64,000 bases of DNA from a virus, in the IMG/VR virus record IMGVR_UViG_2571042346_000003; one strand, written 5' to 3'. Numbering within the stretch: position 1 is the stretch's first letter; each line of letters begins with the position of its first letter. The translations under genes were made by a program, and so were the position numbers. The notes beneath the pieces are model-generated. The model made no database searches. It was given only the letters and a program-made list of their open reading frames with translations, and had not been told where the DNA came from. Positions 9,092-17,888 of the stretch are shown one piece after another.

Positions 9092-10497
9092 CCGGCCCTC
9101 CGCAGATCGAGGTTGACGCTGCCGAGAACCGGGATTTCGCCGTGGCGCAGCTCGATGTCCTGCTGCGGCGCGTAGAGATGCATGTGGCTGACGCCGCGCA
9201 CGCCATCGATCAGCGCCACCAGGTCGGAGAAGTGAACGGTCTGGCCGAAGGAGACCCGGTCGAAAGAAAAGAAATCGGTGAGCGCGGCTTCGATGCGGCT
9301 GCGTACGTTTTCCAGCGGTTCACCGGGCCAGATGTAGACCTCGGCGTCGATGGAAACGGGGCGGTAGATCGGGTCGAACAAGTTGATCTCGACCGTGATG
9401 ACCTTGCGGCGTTCGAGAAACTCCGCGAGGTCCCGCTTGAGCAGCGCCGAGGGCATGCCGCCGCCGTTGGGGGCGATGGCCAGTTGGACGTTGTAATAGC
9501 GGATGTTCTGGCAGGCATTGGTGTCGAGCACCTTGGCCTTGGCGACGCCTGGGTAACCTTCGGCGAGGGCCTGGTAATCCTCCAGGGTGACGGCCTTCCA
9601 GAGACTGCGCAGCTCCGCCGGTGCCTGTCGGCGGGCGTGTTCGAGGGCTTCCCGCGACGCTCCTCCGGTGGCGGGCACCGGGTTGGTGACGGTCAGTGAG
9701 ACCTGGCCGCCGTCGAGGTAGACCGGGCTCAGCAGTTGGTTAATCCGGTTCGGACCGAGATTGCCCTGGTCTCCGATGGTCTGCAGATAGCTGACGGTGA
9801 TGGCGCTTCCCTGAGCGGGTACAGCGCCGCTTTGCCCGTCGCCGAAAATCAGGGTGGAGATGTCGAGGGCGTCGAGATCTGCCATGAAATGGCGGCTGTC
9901 GGCCAGGCTGTCCTGGAAGTGATCGACCTCGCTCCAGGCGTCGTCCCCCACCGTAACGGTGATGGTGCCCTGGGCGATGACGTCGCCGGTCAGGCGGATG
10001 CGCTGGAATGGCAGCCCCGTCGACGTGAAGGCCTCGGTGCGGCGCACGCCTTGCCGGGCCGGAATATCCACCGAGAGTACGCCTCGCGGGAGCAGGCCGT
10101 CCTCGACCGTCTCGAAATCCGCCTCGCCGTCACTCAGCAAGGCGCGGCAGGCCGTTCCCGCCGGAATGGTCAGATCCTTGCCGAGCGGGGCGGAGAGCCG
10201 GAAACGCAGCGTGGTGGTGGAGGCCACCGGCGAATCCAGCCGGTAGCCGATGAGCTTGCAGAGGTTGATGACGTTCTGGCGCTGGCGGGCCGTGGGCAGA
10301 AAGGCCTCGGCCGCCTGGGCGTCCAGGTAGTAGGCCAGCATGTCGCCCACGCCGCAGAACAGATCGAGCAGGACGACGCCGAGATCGGAGTGATTGAAAT
10401 CGGTCCAGCGGTCGGTGAGCTGCGGGATCTTCGCCAGCAGCTCCTGGCGGATCGATTCGTAATCCTTGTTGATGTATCCGATGCTTGCGCGGCCCAT
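9088..10497 (-). CDS. Baseplate J/gp47-like wedge protein, 469 aa
   Basis: KDYESIRQELL...WTDFNHSDLG...FGDGQSG...GGASRE...AVTLEDYQ motifs of eCIS/phage baseplate J proteins. Confidence 0.85.
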   Translation of the reverse strand: MGRASIGYINKDYESIRQELLAKIPQLTDRWTDFNHSDLGVVLLDLFCGVGDMLAYYLDAQAAEAFLPTARQRQNVINLCKLIGYRLDSPVASTTTLRFRLSAPLGKDLTIPAGTACRALLSDGEADFETVEDGLLPRGVLSVDIPARQGVRRTEAFTSTGLPFQRIRLTGDVIAQGTITVTVGDDAWSEVDHFQDSLADSRHFMADLDALDISTLIFGDGQSGAVPAQGSAITVSYLQTIGDQGNLGPNRINQLLSPVYLDGGQVSLTVTNPVPATGGASREALEHARRQAPAELRSLWKAVTLEDYQALAEGYPGVAKAKVLDTNACQNIRYYNVQLAIAPNGGGMPSALLKRDLAEFLERRKVITVEINLFDPIYRPVSIDAEVYIWPGEPLENVRSRIEAALTDFFSFDRVSFGQTVHFSDLVALIDGVRGVSHMHLYAPQQDIELRHGEIPVLGSVNLDLRRAG

Positions 10498-10552
10498 GGT
10501 CTCTCCGGTTTTCGGGGTTACGCAAGAGCGCCTGATGCTCTCGCCACGCCGG

Positions 10553-10583
10553 TTACTTACCGGAAGGGGCCTGGATGTGTCGG
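10553..10583 (-). promoter_or_regulatory. Conserved element-specific promoter motif CCGAC-N14-TCCGGTAAGTAA, copy 1
   Basis: Exact motif, about 56 bp upstream of the baseplate J start. Confidence 0.75.
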
Positions 10584-10609
10584 AGGCGGGATGTGTCGGA
10601 GGCGGGATG
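10573..10609. repeat. 16-bp tandem duplication (GGATGTGTCGGAGGCG x2 plus partial copy)
   Basis: Copies at 10573-10588 and 10589-10604, then GGATG. Confidence 0.85.
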
Positions 10610-10611
10610 CC

Positions 10612-11547
10612 TCAGAGCGGGCCGCGCAGTTGCCAGACGGGATTGGGCTGCCCAGAGGTGTTGTTGAGGTAGTGGGATTCCTTCTTGCCCTCGAAATAGA
10701 ACAGACCGATGCGGCCCGGCTCCAGGGTGCTGATCCGGTGAACGGTGCCAGCGGCGTTGTCTTCCGCCTGGCTCTGGGTGTCGAAGCCCAGACCGTTCGC
10801 GGCCAGATAGAGGGCGTGCTCGGCCTGGGGCGTTTCCGTTTCTGGCGCTCCCTCGAAGACCAGGTAATGGCCGTGGTTGTCACCCGGATCGCTGACGATC
10901 CACTTGCCGTTGCGGTCCTGAAAGGCTCCCTCGATGTAGGCGACTTCGTATTCCCCGGCTGGCCAGATGAAGGAATCGTCCGGATCGGGGCTCATCTCGG
11001 CCGCGTCGAACCAGAGCAGATTGAACAGCGAGCGCACGTCCGGCGACAGGCGCACGCTGCGCACCGGCGGTGGTTCCGGATCGGGTTCGGGCTCTGGGGG
11101 TATTTCAGGCTGGGGGTAGCTGGGCGCGGGATTGTTCGGGTCTTCTCTGTAGAAGGGATAGACCAGGTTACCGTCCACCTGGCTCTGGATCACCCGGTAG
11201 GCGATATGCACCAGCAGCAGGTTGCCGTCGATGTTCAGCGGCCGGTCGTCGAAGCGCACCTCCGTGATGATCACCCGCTTTTCCCAGCGCTTGATGGCGT
11301 CGATCACGTAATGGCGCAGCAGGCCCTTGAGCACCTCGTCGTTCTGTTCGAACACCAGATCCTTCAGCCGGGAGCCGAACTCAGGATTCATGAACCGTTC
11401 ACCGATCCGGGTGCCGAGGATCTGCAGGATGCTTTCGCGGATGTGCTCGTGCTCCCGCGATGTGGCGGTCGAGACCTGGGTGCCGCCGGATACCGACTGA
11501 AACCGGAACGGGTAACGCAACCCCTTGCCGAGGAAATCGTAGCTCAT
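10612..11547 (-). CDS. gp25/GPW-like baseplate wedge protein with a C-terminal extension, 311 aa
   Basis: MSYDFLGKGLRYPF...HIRESILQILGTRIGERFMNPEFGSRL is gp25-like. A Pro-rich linker (PQPEIPPEPEPDPEPPP) leads to an extra domain. ATGA overlap with the upstream gene. Confidence 0.8.
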   Translation of the reverse strand: MSYDFLGKGLRYPFRFQSVSGGTQVSTATSREHEHIRESILQILGTRIGERFMNPEFGSRLKDLVFEQNDEVLKGLLRHYVIDAIKRWEKRVIITEVRFDDRPLNIDGNLLLVHIAYRVIQSQVDGNLVYPFYREDPNNPAPSYPQPEIPPEPEPDPEPPPVRSVRLSPDVRSLFNLLWFDAAEMSPDPDDSFIWPAGEYEVAYIEGAFQDRNGKWIVSDPGDNHGHYLVFEGAPETETPQAEHALYLAANGLGFDTQSQAEDNAAGTVHRISTLEPGRIGLFYFEGKKESHYLNNTSGQPNPVWQLRGPL

Positions 11548-12437
11548 CAGGCACGCTCCTCGCAGTCGAGGCCGCACTGTCCAGAGCAGCCAGTTTCCGG
11601 TGCGCCGTCGTCGATGGCTTCTCCCTGGAACCGGACCACCAGATCCAGACCGCTTTTCAGTCCCAGGTGGATGGTTCCGTCCGCCTCGATCAGCCCGCCG
11701 TGGCCGGACTGGCCACACTGGAATCCCTTGGCTCCGCCGGAGAGCAGACGGACAGCGATGGTTTCGCCGATGCCCTCGATGCGGCCGATGCCGATGATGT
11801 CGATAGGTCCGGCCGAGTTGATCAGGGTGATGAACCGCTCCCGGTGATCGACGTCGAGGCGGATGCCCTCGGGCAGAACCACCGCGAAGCGTTCCGCGCC
11901 CATGGTGGTCGGCTCGATCCCGGCGGGCAGTCCGCTGATACCGGCTGCCTCCTGGGTCGAACGCAGATAGGACTCGACCAGGGTGTAAAGGCGTCCCGGG
12001 GCGACCTCGATGGCCGTGCCGGGTCCGGGGGTGATGACCTGCTGTTCCCCTCCGTCGATAACGCAGATTCGCTGGTCGTCCGTGGTCCGCAGGATCATGC
12101 CGTCGGGCAAGGTGAAGAGCCGGTTGCCGTCCGGCAGATCCCGGGGTTCGGTGCCCACAGGCAGTTCGACGAAGGGATAGAAATCGGGCTCCGGCTCGAT
12201 CTGTACCTGCTCCAGGTACTCCTGGGTCCTGGCCTGCTGGGCCTCAAGATAGGCCTGGGCCTGGCCACGCATCGCCTCCGAGGCGGCGTGACTGGCATCC
12301 AGCAGCGTGCGGATGCCGGAAAGTTCTTCACGGATGCCGGACAGGTGATCGCAGAGCGCCCGCAGCACATACTGTTGTTGGCCGGAATCGGTTTGTTCTA
12401 TGGTGGCCTGCAAGTCGGCGGGTTCTTCGGAAATCAT
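11547..12437 (-). CDS. Hypothetical protein (coiled-coil N-terminus, beta-rich C-terminus), 296 aa
   Basis: GGAGG RBS before ATG at 12437, translationally coupled to gp25. Confidence 0.6.
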   Translation of the reverse strand: MISEEPADLQATIEQTDSGQQQYVLRALCDHLSGIREELSGIRTLLDASHAASEAMRGQAQAYLEAQQARTQEYLEQVQIEPEPDFYPFVELPVGTEPRDLPDGNRLFTLPDGMILRTTDDQRICVIDGGEQQVITPGPGTAIEVAPGRLYTLVESYLRSTQEAAGISGLPAGIEPTTMGAERFAVVLPEGIRLDVDHRERFITLINSAGPIDIIGIGRIEGIGETIAVRLLSGGAKGFQCGQSGHGGLIEADGTIHLGLKSGLDLVVRFQGEAIDDGAPETGCSGQCGLDCEERA

Positions 12438-12449
12438 GGACAACCTCCA

Positions 12450-13460
12450 CTACATGCCGACGTTGGCGGGTTGGGATTGATAGCTCATGGCGTTGACCGG
12501 CGTCACTGTCCCGGTCGCACCGTCTATTTCGAACACGGTCCAGACCGTGCCCGGGGCGTTGGGAACGGTGAAGGTCTGCTCACGGCCATCGCTCAGGAAC
12601 ACCTTCACCGATGCTCCCGACTGCGCCAGGCCGGTGCTCGGATTGGCGTTGCGGTTGGTGTAGTCGTGGACCGCGTAGCGGTAGACGCCGGGGATGAGCC
12701 GATGGATGGTGATGGTCTCCGGCCCGTAGGAACTGGTGTCGTCCACGTCCAATTCCGCCGCCTCGTTTTCGATGGTGTGGGAATAGAACACATGGAAGCG
12801 ACCGCCCGATGGCGTCGGTCCGGTGAGATGGGAATCGAGATCGCGGGGGTTGAGCCCCCACTGCAACACGATGCGGGCGACCTGGCCGTCGAGCTCGGGC
12901 GAGAGAACGATCTGGATGTCGCCGGAGGTGTTGGGGTCGGCGTTCACCCAGCCGTGCCAGGCGATGTATCCCGGCGCGGTGACCTCCACATAATAGAACC
13001 CTTCGGGCACGGATAGTTCGAACCCGCCATAGGCGTTGGCGAAGGTCTGGAACGCCGCCGGGCCGGTTTCCGAGCGGCGGAATTCGATCAGCGCGTTGCC
13101 GACGCCGCTGGTGTTGAGGGCGTTGACCACCATGCCGCTGAGGAAAACCGATGCTCCGCTGGCAAAGTCCGGGTGGTCGGCGAACCAGGACGGATCGCGG
13201 ACCTCCACCAGAACATGGCGGAGGCTGTCCCGGGCCGAAGACCGCCAAACCATGAGCACGGCGTTGCCGATGGTCCAGCCGCAGCGAATGACGCCATCCT
13301 GCCCGATCTCCGCGACCTCCGGATTGCTGGAGGCAAAAACCGGGGCGTCCACGTCGCCGCGCAGGGAGAGCGGAATCCGTTGCTCGGACTCGCCAGCGGA
13401 GAGCCGGATGGAGCGAGGCTGAACCTCCCAGTGGCTATAGTCTGGCGGGGTATCCGTCAT
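12450..13460 (-). CDS. Ig-like (Big-2) + carboxypeptidase-regulatory-like + YfaP/DUF2135-like protein, 336 aa
   Basis: VFASSNPEVAEI (Big-2), VVNALNTSGVGNALI...TFANAYGGF (CarboxypepD_reg-like), LQWGLNPRDLDSHL...LDVDDTSSYGPETITI (YfaP-like). Confidence 0.7.
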   Translation of the reverse strand: MTDTPPDYSHWEVQPRSIRLSAGESEQRIPLSLRGDVDAPVFASSNPEVAEIGQDGVIRCGWTIGNAVLMVWRSSARDSLRHVLVEVRDPSWFADHPDFASGASVFLSGMVVNALNTSGVGNALIEFRRSETGPAAFQTFANAYGGFELSVPEGFYYVEVTAPGYIAWHGWVNADPNTSGDIQIVLSPELDGQVARIVLQWGLNPRDLDSHLTGPTPSGGRFHVFYSHTIENEAAELDVDDTSSYGPETITIHRLIPGVYRYAVHDYTNRNANPSTGLAQSGASVKVFLSDGREQTFTVPNAPGTVWTVFEIDGATGTVTPVNAMSYQSQPANVGM

Positions 13461-13765
13461 GAAGGGACCTCCACCGGTGCGGAGACGCCGCCGCCATAGA
13501 CCTCGACCTGGACGTGCCGCAGGCTGAGCCGCTCGGGCGAATCCCAGACCAGGATCATGGCCGCTCCGGGAACGAAGCCGCACTCGACATTGCCGTCCTC
13601 ATCGACACTGGCCACGTCGGGATTGGACGATTCGAACACAGGCGCTTCGGGCAGACCCCGGATCGAGAGCGGAATACGCTGGACGAATGGGGATCGCGAG
13701 ACCCGGATCAGTTTCGGGAAGACATCCCAGTAGTGCGGTTCCTGCGGCTGTTCGAGATTGTTCAT
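13457..13765 (-). CDS. Stand-alone Ig-like (Big-2) protein, 102 aa
   Basis: VFESSNPDVASVDEDGNV, clearly paralogous to the N-terminus of the downstream gene. Confidence 0.7.
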   Translation of the reverse strand: MNNLEQPQEPHYWDVFPKLIRVSRSPFVQRIPLSIRGLPEAPVFESSNPDVASVDEDGNVECGFVPGAAMILVWDSPERLSLRHVQVEVYGGGVSAPVEVPS

Positions 13766-13775
13766 GGCGGCCCCC

Positions 13776-14039
13776 TCAGTTGTCGATGGTGTCGGGACTG
13801 CCGGTGACGATGATGGCTCCGCAGGCGGTGATGTCGCCGATGCGGGCGTTGGGCAATCCTTCGGTGATGGTGTCGAAGCTGCCGGTCACGATGGGCGTCA
13901 CGCCATGCCCCGGAATGGGACAGACGTGCAGATCCCCCATGCGGGCCACCGGCATGCCGTTGTCCAGCGTCCGACTGGCCCCGGTGATGATGACGCCGCC
14001 GTGACTGCTGATGTCGCCGAGCCGCGCCTGGGAGCTCAT
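13776..14039 (-). CDS. PAAR-domain spike-tip protein, 87 aa
   Basis: QARLGDISSHGG...PVARMGDLHVCP...PNARIGDITACGA gives three PAAR-like motifs. Confidence 0.9.
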   Translation of the reverse strand: MSSQARLGDISSHGGVIITGASRTLDNGMPVARMGDLHVCPIPGHGVTPIVTGSFDTITEGLPNARIGDITACGAIIVTGSPDTIDN

Positions 14040-14410
14040 GGGTTCACCTTCAGCAGCAGATGGATCAGAAAGCCGACGAGTCCGCCGATGGTGCTGCCGA
14101 TGGTCAACACCAGGCCGACGATCTTCCACATGGTCTCGGTCCCCATCTTGGAGCCGACCCGGGCGTGCAACCGGTCGATCTCCTCGGCGTGCCGGTGCAG
14201 ATCGGAATAGATCGAGCGGACCAGCACCTCGACGTTTTCCTTGTCCGATTTCTTCTCGATTTCACGCTCGATCTTCTCGAGGCGGTCCTGGATTTCCCGG
14301 CGGTGACTTTCGAGGATGCTGCGGAATTCCTCCCGCCAATGATCGAAGGTCCGGGCCAGCAATTCCTCGCTGGCCGAAAGTCCGGAGGGCGTTGTTGTTC
14401 TTTCTCCCAT
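14036..14410 (-). CDS. Coiled-coil protein with a C-terminal membrane helix (holin/XhlA-like candidate), 124 aa
   Basis: Charged helical N-terminus, hydrophobic WKIVGLVLTIGSTIGGLVGFLIHLLL at the C-terminus. Confidence 0.5.
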   Translation of the reverse strand: MGERTTTPSGLSASEELLARTFDHWREEFRSILESHRREIQDRLEKIEREIEKKSDKENVEVLVRSIYSDLHRHAEEIDRLHARVGSKMGTETMWKIVGLVLTIGSTIGGLVGFLIHLLLKVNP

Positions 14411-14422
14411 GCGATGCTTCCT

Positions 14423-15472
14423 TCAGGTGTTGATCAAGACGGTGTTCGTCGAGCGAATGATGATGTTTCCGGCCACCCCATCCATGAACACGAGGCTGCC
14501 GGACTTGTCGGTGGCGCTGATGCTCTCCTGGCCGGGCGCGGCGTTCATGCGCACCACCTGACCGGCCTTGTCGGTCAGCCGGATCTGTTCGGCGGCGGCG
14601 GTGGAATCGACGAGGATTTCCTGGGTGCCGTTGAGTCCCCAGATGTGAACCTTCTCCCGACCCTTGGTGGTATCGATGAGGATCTTCTGCCAGCGGGAGC
14701 GGCCCTTGTCGCACGAGAGGATGTGGACCTTCTCCTTGTCCTGCCAGGCTTCGAGGATCACCTGCTGGCGGCAGAGGTCGGTGAGCTGGATGCGGGCGCG
14801 GGAGCCGACGATCTGCGAGGCGATGTCGAGCTGGTCGCCTTTCTCGGCGTCCTTCGTGCCTCGGCGCAGAGCGTTGCCGCTCTGCATCTCCGGCTTCACC
14901 TTCCCTTCCATGGTGAGGATCTGTCCGGCGCGGTCGATGATCCGCAGCAGCTCGTCGCCGTCGCGGTCATCGGCCAGGATGGTGTGGCCGGTTTCGGTCT
15001 TGAGCAGGACCTTCAGTCGCGGGCAGTAATACGGCGGATGGCCGTGGTACTTCTTGTGTTCGAGATCGTCGTGCCGGTTGGCCTGATGCTCGATCTTGTC
15101 CTCGCAGTCATGACAGAAGGCGTTCGCGCAGGTGCGCTTCGATTCCTCGGGCTGCTCACCGGGATTGCTCTTGGCCAGCCAGACCCCAGTCCAGATCGGA
15201 TGCTGGACGACCCCGCCCTCGAACTCGGCCCAGACCGAGGCTCCTTCCTCGGGGACCAGGAACATGCCGGTGTCGTCGTTGCCGCCGTAGGGAAAACAGG
15301 GCGTGGCCCATTCGGACCAGTTCTCCCGCCCGCTGCCGAGCACGGCGGGGATTTCCAGGCGGACCCGGCCGAGGCGTTCGGGGTCGTTGTTGTCGCGCAC
15401 GAAGGCCCGGTACTTGCCGTACCAGCGGTTGCGGTAGCGCTCTTCGGATTGGCGGTCGCGGGTTTCAAGCAT
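14423..15472 (-). CDS. Baseplate spike (gpV/gp5/VgrG-like OB fold), 349 aa
   Basis: YGKYRAFVRDNNDPERLGRVRL...WA...GMFLVPEEGASVWAEFEGG...PIWTG is the canonical OB-fold motif. Confidence 0.88.
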   Translation of the reverse strand: MLETRDRQSEERYRNRWYGKYRAFVRDNNDPERLGRVRLEIPAVLGSGRENWSEWATPCFPYGGNDDTGMFLVPEEGASVWAEFEGGVVQHPIWTGVWLAKSNPGEQPEESKRTCANAFCHDCEDKIEHQANRHDDLEHKKYHGHPPYYCPRLKVLLKTETGHTILADDRDGDELLRIIDRAGQILTMEGKVKPEMQSGNALRRGTKDAEKGDQLDIASQIVGSRARIQLTDLCRQQVILEAWQDKEKVHILSCDKGRSRWQKILIDTTKGREKVHIWGLNGTQEILVDSTAAAEQIRLTDKAGQVVRMNAAPGQESISATDKSGSLVFMDGVAGNIIIRSTNTVLINT

Positions 15473-15884
15473 GCTCCGCCTCCCGCTTTCGACTGGCGTT
15501 CCAGGCCAGCCAGCCGCCCAGGCGAACCGCCCAATACATGATCTGGCGTTTCCACAGAGGCACTCCCAGGGCCGCCATCAGTTCGAGAAAGAGGCGGTCG
15601 GCCGCAAGCCGCGAGACCTTGCCGGTGTGGTAGAGGTAGTCGTGAACGACGGCCGCCGGGGAATATCTCCCCCAGGGCGGCACCACGCGCCAGAACAGGC
15701 GCGGCACCGAGGCGAAGTCGGTCTCGAACCCGGCGGGCACTTCGATGATGCGGCCAGCGCCGGTACGGACACGAAACGGCTGAGTCAGCCTGGCGGTCAT
15801 TCCATTGGGCAGGATCTCCACCCGAAGCGGCCCGGAGATACCCTGCGCGGTGCCGGAAAACAGGGTCTTGGTTTCGGCGCTCAT
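15465..15884 (-). CDS. DUF1353 family protein, 139 aa
   Basis: VPAGFETDFASVPRLFW...PAAVVHDYLY motif. Confidence 0.8.
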   Translation of the reverse strand: MSAETKTLFSGTAQGISGPLRVEILPNGMTARLTQPFRVRTGAGRIIEVPAGFETDFASVPRLFWRVVPPWGRYSPAAVVHDYLYHTGKVSRLAADRLFLELMAALGVPLWKRQIMYWAVRLGGWLAWNASRKREAEHA

Positions 15885-16255
15885 GACCGCCACCTCGCCT
15901 TGCCCGACTGGCGCACATCGAGATGGACCCAGGAGGCATAGACACCGATGCCGCCCTCGCGGAAGAGCGGAATTTCCTCGGCGATGACCGCCAGTTCCTC
16001 GGGCGAAACGCCTGCGGGACAGCTCACGTCGGCCGCCATGCCCAGCGTGTGGAAACTCTGCTCCGCGCCGCCCACGGTTTTGTTGTGCCGGTTGCACCGG
16101 AAGCCGCTGGTGATGGACAGCGGTTTGCCGATGCGGTCACGCAACGCCTGCAGGGCCTCGACCAGGTCGGGATGGACCGCAGCCGAATGGCCGCAGCAGT
16201 TCTTGCCCTTGCAGGCGAATTCCGAACGGTTGAAATTCTTACTGAGATCACCCAT
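15881..16255 (-). CDS. Peptidase M15A family endolysin/peptidoglycan hydrolase, 124 aa
   Basis: ITSGFRC..HN..VGG...SFHTLGMAAD...GIGVY..WVHLD zinc peptidase motifs. Confidence 0.88.
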   Translation of the reverse strand: MGDLSKNFNRSEFACKGKNCCGHSAAVHPDLVEALQALRDRIGKPLSITSGFRCNRHNKTVGGAEQSFHTLGMAADVSCPAGVSPEELAVIAEEIPLFREGGIGVYASWVHLDVRQSGKARWRS

Positions 16256-17531
16256 TGCCGCCTCCTTGTGTGACCGCGCCGGAATCCGCGTCGATGGTCA
16301 CCATGGCTGGCGGCTCGTTTTGCGGCGTGGGCGGGGCCTCCTTGTCATTGGGTTTGCCCTGGGACTCGGCGGACTTGTCGCCCGCGCCCTTGCCGAGGGC
16401 GTTCTTCTTGAGTTTGAGTTCGCAGAGATAGCCAGCGCCGCTGATGCTGTGGCGCACCGAGTGGCAGTAATAGATGCCGGAAAACTTCCGTCCCACGCCC
16501 TTGATCTCGACGTTTTTCTTGGCGCGTAGCTGGGGAATGCCGATGGTGGCCGCGTCCGCCTCGACCTGGCGCAGCTCGGCCTCGCGGAATTTGCCTTCGG
16601 CGCTGTCCTGGGCGGGCTCCTGGCGTGGCTCTTCGTGAAAGCCTTCGGAACGGTCGAAGCTGGGCACGATCTGCCCCGTCTCCTGTTCCTTGAAGCTGCC
16701 TTCGCCGGTGTTGCCGTCGACCAGATAGGTCTGCTTGCCCAGGGCCGTCCGCTCGGGCGTGGTGGCGTTGTTGGCCTTGTGCTCGACCACGTCCTTCTTG
16801 CGCGGGTCGATACCGACCGTCTTGGTCTCGACACCCGCGCCCTTGGCTCCCTGGGATTGGGTGCTGGGGCGGAACGAGCGCAGCAGGCCCTTGGTGTCGG
16901 TGAAATATTCGAGGGTCAGAAGCGGCGTCTGGTCGAGCTCGCGGGGATGGAAATGGAGTTCGTCGTCCTGGATGTAGAAGACATAGCCGCTCACGCCGTC
17001 GCCATCGCGGTCACGGGCCTTTTCCGCCAGCTCCTTGAGGAACTGGGCGTCCGAGATGTTGCTCTGGGTGACGCGGAGATGTGTTCCCTTGGTTGCCGTG
17101 ACCACCGGGGTGAGGCCGTTGGCGGCGGCGATCTGTTCGGCGATTTCCGAATAGAGGATGCCGGGAGCGGGTTTTTGCCAGACCTTCTGGTTCTCCTTGC
17201 CCGCGAGTTTGAAGCCCTTGTCGTAGGCCTTGATGCGGATGGTCGGATCGCCGTTTTCCGGGAAGTCGTAATCGATGTCCTTGATGACCGCCTTCTTGCG
17301 CGGGGAGAGGTTCCCCACGTAGCCGAAGCGGGCCACGATCTCGTTGCCTTCCTGGAACAGCGGATCGTCGACGAACTGCAGGTTGCGGTCGGTCACCGAC
17401 AGTTCGAGGACATCCAACTCCTCCTCGTTGTCGGTGAAAACGAACGAGGTGATCTCCTGGGTGATGTCCTTCGAGAGGTCTTGCCCCTCGATCTGAATCA
17501 GAAATGTCGGCTTGAAGGTATCCAGATCCAT
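16248..17531 (-). CDS. Baseplate hub (phage late control gpD/gp27-like), 427 aa
   Basis: FGYVGNL...IKAYD...QSNISDAQFLKELA...G.Y....VRHSISGAGY pattern. Confidence 0.8.
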   Translation of the reverse strand: MDLDTFKPTFLIQIEGQDLSKDITQEITSFVFTDNEEELDVLELSVTDRNLQFVDDPLFQEGNEIVARFGYVGNLSPRKKAVIKDIDYDFPENGDPTIRIKAYDKGFKLAGKENQKVWQKPAPGILYSEIAEQIAAANGLTPVVTATKGTHLRVTQSNISDAQFLKELAEKARDRDGDGVSGYVFYIQDDELHFHPRELDQTPLLTLEYFTDTKGLLRSFRPSTQSQGAKGAGVETKTVGIDPRKKDVVEHKANNATTPERTALGKQTYLVDGNTGEGSFKEQETGQIVPSFDRSEGFHEEPRQEPAQDSAEGKFREAELRQVEADAATIGIPQLRAKKNVEIKGVGRKFSGIYYCHSVRHSISGAGYLCELKLKKNALGKGAGDKSAESQGKPNDKEAPPTPQNEPPAMVTIDADSGAVTQGGGNG

Positions 17532-17561
17532 GCGTATCTCCGGCGGTTCGCAGTTCCCTGC

Positions 17562-17592
17562 TTACTTACCGGAAGGCATGGCGAGGTGTCGG
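17562..17592 (-). promoter_or_regulatory. Promoter motif CCGAC-N14-TCCGGTAAGTAA, copy 2
   Basis: Exact motif, about 31 bp upstream of the hub gene. Confidence 0.75.
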
Positions 17593-17597
17593 ACGCT

Positions 17598-17888
17598 TCA
17601 GTCGAGCAGGCGCATCTGGACGTTTTCGCGGGAGGGAATGCGCAGCGCCAGACCCGGCTCGAGCGCCAACGGGAAAAAGAGGTCGTTGTAGTCGCAGATG
17701 ATCCACCAGAGCCGGGCGTCGCCCAGATAGCGGTGCGCGAGCAGATCCAGACGGTCGCCCTCGACCACGGTGTGCAGGCGGTCGTCGTGTCTGGGGGTGG
17801 TGTCGATGCGCTGGCGCATGCCGAGGGAGGTGCCGTCGCTGTCCCGGTAGAGAACGCAGCGGGCGTAGCGGGAATCGCGGCCGATCAT
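17598..17888 (-). CDS. LysM/gpX-like tail protein, 96 aa
   Basis: HTVVEGDRLDLLAHRYLGDARLWWIICDYN motif. Confidence 0.85.
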   Translation of the reverse strand: MIGRDSRYARCVLYRDSDGTSLGMRQRIDTTPRHDDRLHTVVEGDRLDLLAHRYLGDARLWWIICDYNDLFFPLALEPGLALRIPSRENVQMRLLD

